The notes under the pieces: generated by a model
Told to the model about the DNA's origin: nothing
The model's input: only the letters and a program-made list of their open reading frames with translations
Database searches by the model: none
Assembly: GCA_010093745.1 (NCBI GenBank)
Contig: MU005974.1
Location: 230,037-250,036, forward strand
Length of the DNA: 20,000 bases
From: Piedraia hortae CBS 480.64
Taxonomy: Eukaryota
Direction: 5' to 3'
Made by a program: the position numbers and the translations under genes
Part shown: positions 1 to 8,714 of the stretch, piece by piece
How the letters are laid out: the number at the start of each line of letters is the position of its first letter
Position numbering within the stretch: the stretch's first letter is position 1

Positions 1-1
1 G

Positions 2-1549
2 TCAGGAAACGTGATTGATCTGTGTCCCGTCGGAGCGCTGACGTCGAAGCCGTATGCGTTCAAGGCGAGGCCGTGGGAATTGCAGCATTGCGAGACGGTT
101 GACGTCATGGATGCTCTTGGGAGTAATATTCGGGTTGATACGCGTGGGATGCAGGTTCTGCGTGTGCTGCCAAGGCTCAATGATGATGTTAATGAGGAGT
201 GGATCAACGATAAGTCGCGGTTTGCCTGTGATGGGCTCAATACGCAGAGACTTACTACTCCTCTGATTCGTCAGGGCGGTCAGTTCCACCCTGCTACGTG
301 GGAACAGGTTCTCGTCGAGATTGGGTCTAAGTTCAAGGAGATTGCGCCTAAAGGCGATGAGGTCCAGTTCGTTGCTGGTCATTTGGTGGATACGGAGACG
401 CTTGTTGTGGCAAAGGACTTTGCTAATAAGCTCGGCTCGGAGAATCTTGGACTCGATCAGCCGCGCGGTGCTGAGCCTGTGGCCCATGGGATTGACATCC
501 GCAGCAACTACGCCTTCAACTCGACCATTGCCGGCGTTGAGGATGCGGATGTAATTCTCCTCGTAGGCACGAACCCGCGTTGGGAGGCTGCTCTTCTCAA
601 CGCCCGCATCAGGAAGCAATGGCTGGCATCTGACCTCGAAGTCGGTCTGATTGGAGAGGATTTTGATTCCACCTTTGATTACCAGAACCTCGGATCCAAT
701 GCCTCTGACTTGAAGAGCGCCCTCTCCGGTTCATTTGGGAAGAAGCTGGCCTCTGCTGAGCGTCCCATGATCATCGTCGGTTCATCAGCAGCAGAGCATG
801 ACGACGCAGCAGCCGTGTACGAAACGGTGGGCGATTTCGTCGCCAACAACAAGAACATGGTGACGCCAGAGTGGAACGGATTCAACGTTCTCCAGCGCGC
901 AGCATCACGCACAGCGGCCTACGAGATTGGTTTCTCTGTACAACGGCCTGAGACTGCCAATACCAAGCCAAAGATCGTCTGGCTTCTTGGAGCAGACGAG
1001 GTTGATGCACAAACCATCCCTGCTGATGCATTCGTAATCTACCAGGGCCACCACGGCGACAAGGGCGCTCAGCTGGCTGACGTGGTTTTGCCTGGAGCAG
1101 CCTACACCGAGAAACACGCAACATATGTAAACACCGAAGGAAGAGCACAGATGGGTCGCGCAGCAACCTCCCTCGTCGGCGCGGCGAGAGAAGACTGGAA
1201 GATCATCCGCGCCGTATCCGAAGTCGTTGGTGCACCGTTACCATATGACGATGTGGACATGGTACGAGACCGCATGGATGAAATCTCACCTGCGTTGAGG
1301 CATTACGATGTTGTAGAACCATCATCCCTCGCCCAACTAAGCCTCGTCCAGCTAAGAGATCAGAACCGCGGAGCGAAAGTCTCCGGTGTACCGTTGAAAT
1401 CAGCGATACAAGATTTCTACTTTACAGATGCCATTTCGCGGTCGTCACCGACAATGGCAAGGTGCTCGGCTGCGAAGGCGGCCAAGGACGCACATACAAA
1501 TTTCATGGCACCCGGGGAGCCGCATGCGCAGGTGCAGTATGGACCTTAG
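2..1549 (+). CDS. nuo78: NADH:ubiquinone oxidoreductase 75/78-kDa Fe-S subunit (NDUFS1/NuoG orthologue), 5'-truncated by the window edge
   Basis: Open from base 2: SGNVIDLCPVGALTSKPYAFKARPWEL, NDDVNEEWINDKSRFACDGL, YQGHHGDKGA, ADVVLPGAAYTEK, YVNTEGR and DFYFTDAISRSSPTMARC are hallmark motifs of this subunit. The track's start at 11 is an internal GTG. Confidence 0.97.
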   Translation, partial: SGNVIDLCPVGALTSKPYAFKARPWELQHCETVDVMDALGSNIRVDTRGMQVLRVLPRLNDDVNEEWINDKSRFACDGLNTQRLTTPLIRQGGQFHPATWEQVLVEIGSKFKEIAPKGDEVQFVAGHLVDTETLVVAKDFANKLGSENLGLDQPRGAEPVAHGIDIRSNYAFNSTIAGVEDADVILLVGTNPRWEAALLNARIRKQWLASDLEVGLIGEDFDSTFDYQNLGSNASDLKSALSGSFGKKLASAERPMIIVGSSAAEHDDAAAVYETVGDFVANNKNMVTPEWNGFNVLQRAASRTAAYEIGFSVQRPETANTKPKIVWLLGADEVDAQTIPADAFVIYQGHHGDKGAQLADVVLPGAAYTEKHATYVNTEGRAQMGRAATSLVGAAREDWKIIRAVSEVVGAPLPYDDVDMVRDRMDEISPALRHYDVVEPSSLAQLSLVQLRDQNRGAKVSGVPLKSAIQDFYFTDAISRSSPTMARCSAAKAAKDAHTNFMAPGEPHAQVQYGP

Positions 1550-1610
1550 GTAGCTTTTGTACATTTTTTTTTTCTATCCTTTCAGAAGAGCCGTCTACGT
1601 ACGACTGTTC

Positions 1611-3191
1611 CTACTCGAATTCTATCGTCGCCGGCGGTTTATCCGTTAGATCCACCAGGACTCTAACCACGCCCTCAACTTCGTTGCAGATTCTTCTGAT
1701 GATCTTCTTTAGGAGTTTATAATCCATCTCCACGGCGGTGGCAGTCATGAAGTCATCCGTCTTGACCGCTCTAATCGCAGCAATGTATCCATGGAATCTC
1801 TTGTCCCCCACCACACCCACCGCCTTTCCATCCATCAACGCCAGGACAGCCTGGGAGATGGAATCATACAGTCCCGCAGCCCGCAACTCTTCAATAAAAA
1901 TCGCATCCGCATCCTGCAGGGTCCTGACCTTCTCTTCCGTGACCTCGCCGATGATGCGGATACCCAACCCCGGCCCGGGAAAAGGATGTCTCCAGACCAT
2001 CTCCCTCGGCAGGCCCAGTTCGGTCCCCATCTCCCTAACCTCATCCTTGAACAGCTCCCTTAGGGGCTCAATCAACTTTAGATCCATCTTCTCCGGCAGC
2101 CCTCCCACATTGTGGTGCGTCTTGATCGTCTCACTGGGTCCCTTGAACGAAATGCTCTCAATCACATCCGGATACAACGTCCCCTGCAACAAAAACTCAA
2201 TCTTCCCTTTTCCCCCTGCCCTCTCCGCAATCTCCTTCGCAGTCTCATCAAACACCTCGATAAACAGTCCACCAATAATCTTTCTCTTCCTCTCCGGATC
2301 CGTAACCCCCTTCAACCTCCCAAGAAATCTCTCCCTCGCATCCACAACGGTCAAATCAATCCCCAGCCCCTCCCTCAACGTCCTCTTCACGCTCCGCGCC
2401 TCATCTTTCCTGAGCAACCCATTATCAACAAGCACAGCATGAAACCTCTTCCCAATCGCCTCATGCATCAACCTCGCCGCAACCGAAGAGTCAACTCCCC
2501 CACTCACTGCCCCAATAACCTGCCCCTTCTCCCCCACCGTCTCCCTAATCCTCGCAATCTCCGTCGCAACGAACCTCTTCATCGTCCAATTCTGCTTCGC
2601 CTGGCAAATATTAACCGCGAAATTGCGAAGCAGCCCTACCCCGCACGCCGTATGCGTGACCTCGGGGTGGAATTGGATCCCCCACACCCCCTTATCCGGC
2701 CTCCCTATTGCAGCATACGGCGACGAACTCGTCGTTGCAATAACCTCAAACCCCTCCGGCAACGCCGACAATTTATCTCCATGAGACATCCAGACATCCA
2801 CCTTCTCCCCCAATCCTTCAAAGAGCCCCCCGGCGGTTGTGACCTCTAGCTCCGCGTGCCCGTACTCTTTCTTCGCCCCCGCTACGACGCCCTGGCCGTG
2901 GTGCCATGCTATTTCTTGCAGGCCATAGCAGATCCCCAGGATGGGGATTCCGAAGGTGAATGTTTTGGGGGAGATGTGCGGGGCAGAGGGCGAGTACACG
3001 CTATATGGACCGCCGGAGAGGATTATGCCTTTGGGCGTGAAGGGGAGGGTGGTGGGGTCCACCGTGCAAGGGTAGAGCTCGGAGTAGACCCCTAACTCGC
3101 GCAACCGGCGCGTGATGAGGTGCGTGTATTGAGAGCCGAAGTCGAGGACGAGGAGCGTGTCGAAGAGAGTGTGTGGTGGTGCGGCGGACAT
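1611..3191 (-). CDS. GUA1: GMP synthase (glutamine-hydrolysing), 526 aa from the second in-frame ATG
   Basis: Class I glutamine amidotransferase motifs [31 protein letters not shown]-loop [24 protein letters not shown] and C-terminal KPPATIEFE. Homology begins just after the ATG at 3191 ([21 protein letters not shown]). Confidence 0.97.
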   Translation of the reverse strand: MSAAPPHTLFDTLLVLDFGSQYTHLITRRLRELGVYSELYPCTVDPTTLPFTPKGIILSGGPYSVYSPSAPHISPKTFTFGIPILGICYGLQEIAWHHGQGVVAGAKKEYGHAELEVTTAGGLFEGLGEKVDVWMSHGDKLSALPEGFEVIATTSSSPYAAIGRPDKGVWGIQFHPEVTHTACGVGLLRNFAVNICQAKQNWTMKRFVATEIARIRETVGEKGQVIGAVSGGVDSSVAARLMHEAIGKRFHAVLVDNGLLRKDEARSVKRTLREGLGIDLTVVDARERFLGRLKGVTDPERKRKIIGGLFIEVFDETAKEIAERAGGKGKIEFLLQGTLYPDVIESISFKGPSETIKTHHNVGGLPEKMDLKLIEPLRELFKDEVREMGTELGLPREMVWRHPFPGPGLGIRIIGEVTEEKVRTLQDADAIFIEELRAAGLYDSISQAVLALMDGKAVGVVGDKRFHGYIAAIRAVKTDDFMTATAVEMDYKLLKKIIRRICNEVEGVVRVLVDLTDKPPATIEFE

Positions 3192-3812
3192 GGTGATTTG
3201 GGGTTGGGATTTTGTTTTTTTTTTGTTATTTTTTTTGGTGGGGTGAGGTGACCCCGCCGGAGGGGTTCCGTGGTTTTGTGTGGGATTTGGCTCAGAATGG
3301 GAGGGTTGATGGAATCGTTTTGTGGGATATTCTGCTGAGAGTAATCTACGAACAGTAGGTGCTGCAGATCTCTGTGCTACATACGTGGTCGGACGTACTG
3401 ACAGACGTCGTTGCATTGGTATTGGGGATAAAGTAGAGTCTGCGACTGGCTACTTGCATCCTCAGAAGCAGATTTGCAATGCTCCTTTACGTCTTTGACG
3501 AAAACACAGACGTTCTACAAGGGTTAGCGCGGGATTGTTCCGCGCCGACGCGAACAATTTAATTCTTGGTATCAAACATCGACATCATCTCATCATCGGC
3601 TTGTCACCCGTCAAAGATCTCACATTTCGACGTGTAACTGTAGATGAATGGAGGTGCAGTGCGATTCTCAAGCGATGTTCATGGCTGACGTTGAACGGCA
3701 AGGGCCGCTTCGATGAACTTTAGTGTTGACTTCATTTCATCAGGACTGACCAGAAGCAGGACAAGTGTTGCCCTGTTGAAGAGCTGCGAGGCGGGCTTCC
3801 CTTGCAATATCT

Positions 3813-4010
3813 CATCTCTGTGTGTCTTGAAAGAGGTGATGTAGAAATAAGGTTCAACTGCGGCTTCTCGCCGCTCGACCGCGGAAGATAGAGATGCCTT
3901 AGACATTGCCTCAGTTTCACACCGTACCTTCGTCGATTCCCTGTAGAACGTCAGAAGGTCGTGATAGAGGTAATCTAACGCTGTTGTGCGCGAATTCACT
4001 TCGAAAAGCC
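3813..4010 (-). repeat. Copy 1 of a diverged 198-bp repeat (inverted partner at 17348-17545), inside unidentified 126-aa ORF 3679-4059
   Basis: Ungapped manual alignment gives 175/198 identities; both translate to LFEV.SRTT.LDY.YHD..TFY.ES.KVRC.T...SK.SLSSAVERR.AA.EP.FYITS.KTHRD. Confidence 0.92.
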
Positions 4011-5169
4011 GCATCCCCGGCTGAAAAGCAAATCCCATCCGTGCAAGATCGAAGATCATGCAAGGCCATTAGCATATGGAAGAGATGCTATTAATCTAAG
4101 GCCCATGGTGGACTAGAAGAGGGCCTGACTGTCCGACAGTCTCAATGGCTAACTAAGAGACATGTATGCCACCAATATCGCTCCTCCTGACGCCAGAGAT
4201 GGGGGTGCTGGATGCTGGTTTGAATATTGGAAGTACCCCGATCATTGTATAACAGCAAAATGAATACAGTGCGATTGCATTGTTACAGTTTTGGCAGGAA
4301 TGAGCATGTCAGTTGATGCGAAAATTGTTACATCAAACGAACGTCGAATGCTGAGGATGGTCCCAATCGCCCAAAATTCCAGCTGAGCCGTAGCCATCCA
4401 GCTCAAGATCAATCGCACGCCGAAGGAGTGCCTACTTGACTCAAGACCTCCACAAAGATATCTGGAATGAGTTTACAAATAGTCGATTCATCCCATGATG
4501 GACAACAACAATACAGTCCGAGTTCTGCATTTACATATCGCAGAAACACATGAACTCTCCATGACCACACCAGCTATCGATGCACTCATCAATCTAACTG
4601 GCACACAATGTTCAACGCGGACGGAAGACTACTATGCGGCCTCTGCAACAATCCTTCAAGCCTACCATAATATCTTCAGTGAGATAACCTTGCCCAAGGC
4701 CGTGAGCCAAACAATTCAAGCCCACATAAATCAACATTTTGCTTTTATTACATCAGAAAAACTACATTCCCTCGCTCAAGACATTCTGAGCAATTAGGTT
4801 CCATTACTTCAACAGTTCAGAACACATGATATATAACCCCCCGAACAGCTGCAAGCACAACCCACAACAACAGCCCGAAACAAGCCGTTCCAGACCAGGA
4901 ACTCGTTTACACAGGCACCAGAGCGAGGAAGTACGGAGTTACACAGCAATTCGAAGACCGGTAAAAGCAAAACGTCACCAGCCGGGAGAGACGGACAAAA
5001 GAGCTCCGACCCTCAATGGGCCGGAGCAGGGGACTTGTCACGCCCGACGTTGTGTCCCTTCCCTCTAAGTTCAGTTTCTTTTGGACATGGACCTCGATCG
5101 ATCACGTGTCTCGACACCGATTACAGAACGCATGAGCGATGCCTCCAGACGGTGATGTCCAGCAGGTAA

Positions 5170-5770
5170 ATACCTCGCCATGACTATGCCTGTTACAGCA
5201 CTACCATCCTTCCCGACACTGGATCAAGTTACCACTTCATCAAAGACAAAGCACTGTTCATATCACTGACTGATCGACCAGTTTGGTTTAGTCAGGCAGT
5301 TACAGAAGCAAAATGGTATGGAAAGCAACAGCCGAGATGGGCAAATCTGGAGCAACAATCTCTTCCAATACAATACAGGGGCTTCGAAAGTTGGCAATGG
5401 CGCATCCAGACTGAACGGGGCCATCCAGAAGCCAAAGCCATCGAATTCTTCGTATGTGAGGCCTGCGACGGAGCCGAAATTGTCAAGATTTCCTTACACG
5501 ATTTCTTCCGGCCAGTAGCTTATACCGGCGAATCCATCCACTATCGAACTGAATCGGTCGATGGCAACGAATAGCTAGGACCCGATTGCTACTTCATGCT
5601 TATGGAGTCCGTCTGTGATGGTCACAATGCATGTCTCCCGGTGCTGTGAAGGCAATACACGTTGACGGAGCGAGGGAGCTGGTCAATGGTGTTTCCCTGG
5701 TCGAGTCCTTTTGCAGCGAACGACGATTGGGTTGAGGACTTCAGTGCCGCAACATCATCATCAGAACCTA
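5170..5770 (+). mobile_element. Decayed Ty1/copia LTR-retrotransposon pol remnant (protease, pre-integrase Zn-binding region, integrase core)
   Basis: ATG-less open frame 5170-5574 reads ILPDTGSSYHFIKDKALF (protease D-[ST]-G), WQWR...GHPEAKAI, CEAC and GESIH. After frameshifts it gives VKAIHVDGARELVNG...FCSER (from 5646) and RTSVPQHHHQN (from 5735), resembling integrase xRxDNGxE..FC.E.G and T.PYTPQQNG. Protease directly followed by integrase is the copia order. Confidence 0.75.
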
Positions 5771-6350
5771 TTTCCGATGGGATAGATTAGTCTGATTCTG
5801 ATTCTGTTCCGGACTGGGAGGGTGTTGGGTTTGAGGCAGTATAGGTTCTGAGTAACATGGGGCGCATTGTGACAGGGGCCGGAGAGGAGCGGAACAGGGT
5901 TTGGGAGTGTAAGGCTGGGAGAAAGAAGGACCGACCGGCCGTAAGTTCAGAGCGGTCCCACGCTTTCCCAAGTTGTGTTTTCTCGTACATAGTGCTCGAT
6001 AGACACTTGTCTCGACGCGGGCACACGCATTGGAGCTTCTTTGTATTCTGCTTTGTGGGTTCCCTGGTTTAAACCGGGGAGAGCTGGGAGGGCGATCCTT
6101 TGGTGTGGATCTGAAGGAATGAATGGCTGCCTTGCTGTCGTACTGTGATATAGCGGATCCACCTGATGGATTCGAGGCCATGGCATACTCATTTAGCCTT
6201 TTATGGTGTCCAAATTAGGTCAGAATCAACGAGAGAGTATTGCCCACTAATGAATAATCAATATATCCGTCCCCCAGTCTCCATCTAACTTCATGTCAAG
6301 TATAATGTTGACAAATGCACTAGTGTATGTGGCTTGTGGTCAACATCAGC

Positions 6351-6415
6351 GCCGAGACGTATGGTGTCGCCACGCATCGTCGAGGGCAACCGTCATGCCG
6401 AGACTTATGGTGTCG
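6351..6415 (+). repeat. Short direct duplication (19-bp core, period 46)
   Basis: gccgagacgtatggtgtcg at 6351-6369 and gccgagacttatggtgtcg at 6397-6415 (18/19 identical). Confidence 0.8.
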
Positions 6416-6480
6416 TTGCTCATTGCCTGCTCCTCCTCCTGCTCTTCTTCTTTCACTTCAACATCCCCATTTACTCCTCA

Positions 6481-6712
6481 CGGGAAACTCGCATTACCAA
6501 CAGATACCATCATAAAGTCTGCGTCTCCATCTATTTCGTTTTTCCATGCATGCATGGCCAAGTGCTCTCTCCTATATCATTACAGCTTCGCCCATTCTAT
6601 CGTACTTTCAAAGCATCTTCCATAGCCATATTGTCTTTGAATACCGTCGAATACTCCGATAACATACCCACAGACGGAACCTATCCCTCGAATTCTCACC
6701 AACACCACCTCT
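6481..6712 (+). repeat. 232-bp direct repeat, copy A (partner 10547-10778)
   Basis: Ungapped manual alignment at offset 4066 gives 222/232 identities. Confidence 0.97.
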
Positions 6713-6769
6713 TTTCTTCACGAGGATTAAGAGCTCGAGCACTAAGGAAGAAAGAGCCAAGAGGCAATC

Positions 6770-7334
6770 CTGTTGATGTTAGTCGGGAGCCAGTCCCGAT
6801 AGGCCTAGGGTGACCAGCAACCTCATCTCTAGAGTCTCAGCAAAAAGGTAGCAGCAACAACATTGTCTTTCATGTCACTTCCCGTTCTTATATTCACTAT
6901 ATCCAAGGTGCACTGACCTGGACCCACGCTTCACAGACCTGCTACCTATCTGCGGGTATGTCCACGAGCTACAGGGAGAACTGAAATTTCCAACACGAAA
7001 CCACCAACGAGGATACGAACAATTAAATCTACGATTAGACGACACGTAAGAGAGGACTATGAAAGACATTTGGCGTCTGCGGCACGAAAGCTGGCCCTAG
7101 GAAGTGAGAGGGTGGATTCCACATTTAAATGCCGCAGCTCGATGACGTCTGCACCTGAGTCAAACTCGTGGCGTACCGCTCCATCACCAATCTGACCACG
7201 GTGAACAGTCTTTCCTAGAAGTTCGGGTACCTAATCGCTGGGCAAACATGGCTATCACAATTTCGCAGGCACTCTCAATTCGAACCCTCGTGAAACCTTC
7301 AGCAGCCCCTCTCTACCACACATTGACCAATTAC
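6770..7334 (-). repeat. 565-bp inverted repeat, left arm
   Basis: Reverse complement of 10944-11508; no mismatch found on reading through. The ORF track shows the identical 64-aa ORF at 6875-7069 (-) and 11209-11403 (+). Confidence 0.98.
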
Positions 7335-7399
7335 GATCGCCAAGCCACCCCCCTTGCCATTACAAGGTACCTAACTTAGCTGAGCAAGCCCATTATCTC

Positions 7400-7445
7400 G
7401 AAAGTTAAACTGGGGGTGCGAGACTCGCACCCCAGTTTAACTTTC
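7400..7445. repeat. 46-bp near-perfect palindrome (hairpin/cruciform-capable)
   Basis: gaaagttaaactgggggtgcgag-a-ctcgcaccccagtttaactttc: 22 complementary pairs, one extra G in the left arm, 1-nt centre at 7423. Confidence 0.95.
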
Positions 7446-7726
7446 TCAAGCACAGATAACAGTGACTGCCACCAGACGACACGTTCTGCACACCCCCGAG
7501 CTGCCTAATGCGATGCACAACGGCGCGGTGAGACTGGCAGAAGACTTTGGAGCACATGCTTTTACTGACAGACTGCTTCCGAACTGCTAGCCGAGGGCAT
7601 GGAGGTAATCGTCGCAGTGTCTTCATGGAAGAAGGACACGCTCTCAAATCCCAACGCGCTGTGCAGTCAACCTGGCGTTGTTGCTTCCCTACCCAATTGG
7701 GCCTAGCTTGTGACGTCACACAAACT

Positions 7727-7813
7727 GTAACAATTGACCCGTCCACCAGCAATCCGTAACAATTAACCCATGGCAATCCGTAACATTACCCACCCAGCAA
7801 TCAACAATGTCCC
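7727..7813 (+). repeat. Degenerate minisatellite, about 3.5 units of 23-29 bp
   Basis: gtaacaattgacccgtccaccagcaatcc / gtaacaattaacccatggcaatcc / gtaacattacccacccagcaatc / aacaatgtccc. Confidence 0.75.
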
Positions 7814-8086
7814 TCCCCCCAAAAAAACGTCGGCCCTCAATGCCTCCCAAAAAACGCAACCCCCCTCAAACGAAAATTCCCACCCCTTCACTCCTTCCGC
7901 CTTCCCCAGCTGGATCGAACTGGAATTCGAACCCGCCTTCTTGACCGTGATGAGTTGAAGAGGGAGGAAAGGGAAGAGATGATCAAAGTGAGGAATCGGG
8001 GACACGATTTTGAGGGGTTCGTAAGGACTTGGTTACGTGTCCTGGCGGATAATGGAACGTTGGGGGAGTTGGTTAGGTGGCGTTAG
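7784..8086 (+). pseudogene. Gene fragment resembling the C-terminal tail of a UCH37/UCH-L5-like ubiquitin C-terminal hydrolase (peptidase C12)
   Basis: 100-codon open frame without a usable start, ending DELKREEREEMIKVRNRGHDFEGFVRTWLRVLADNGTLGELVRWR*. This resembles the RRH[ND]Y.PF...L..LA..G.L..L tail of that family. No catalytic domain is visible upstream. Confidence 0.5.
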
Positions 8087-8714
8087 GCGGGGCAGAGTGG
8101 ATGGACGCTGCGACATAGCGGGTGGTGGGGCGGAATGGAAGGGTGCTGAGAAAACAAGGCAGAGATTCTCATGAGTGTGTTGCTCATTGCGTCTCGAAGG
8201 CCACGAATAAACGGTGTAAAATGGTACGGTGAGCAATGGGTTGGTCATTTGGAGTGTAAAAACGTTATTTCCTACACAGAACACCTCAGTACTATCACCC
8301 CAGTACTGTCAGTGTTTTGAGCAAATATCAGGCGCAGTTTAGATAATAACGTGATCAAGGTTACGGAGCTACTTGAAAGGCAAGCCTAGACCCAAAGCCA
8401 TCGGGCTGAGCTGAATGCCGCGCCGCAATTGTGCTTCCTGCCAACCCCTCCAGTTGGGAATAACTGTAGCCGCGCCCCATTGATCCCGGTCCATAAAGGC
8501 GGGGTAGTGTGGAGCAAGTTCGGGCCGTTTGCTGTCTGAGCTGCTACGATGCATCGACTTTATTAATATCCGCCAATTGGAATGGCCGCGCACTTTACCC
8601 GCGCGCGATCGGCGCGTAGTTCAACCTCATCTGATCCAAACGTGCTGAAGTGCGGCGCCTGAGCGAAACCTCGTGACCTATCATTAAACGCCCAAATCTT
8701 AATAGGCACATCGC

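Noticed and set aside
1738..2849. Long + strand ORFs (234 and 245 aa), and similarly 2-619 (-)
   Set aside because: Antisense shadows of GUA1 and nuo78 produced by biased codon usage.
3515..3623. Possible minus-strand intron (GTGAGA...GCTAAC...TAG)
   Set aside because: The signals are plausible but no recognisable flanking exons support it.
4495..5068. Possible gag/ORF1 remnant upstream of the copia fragment
   Set aside because: No zinc knuckle or other diagnostic motif; it cannot be assigned by eye.
6875..7069. Duplicated 64-aa ORF (also 11209-11403) as a real gene
   Set aside because: No recognisable motif; its duplication simply follows from the inverted repeat.
7727..7813. CRISPR-like array
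   Set aside because: Eukaryotic context; the units are contiguous and degenerate with no unique spacers.
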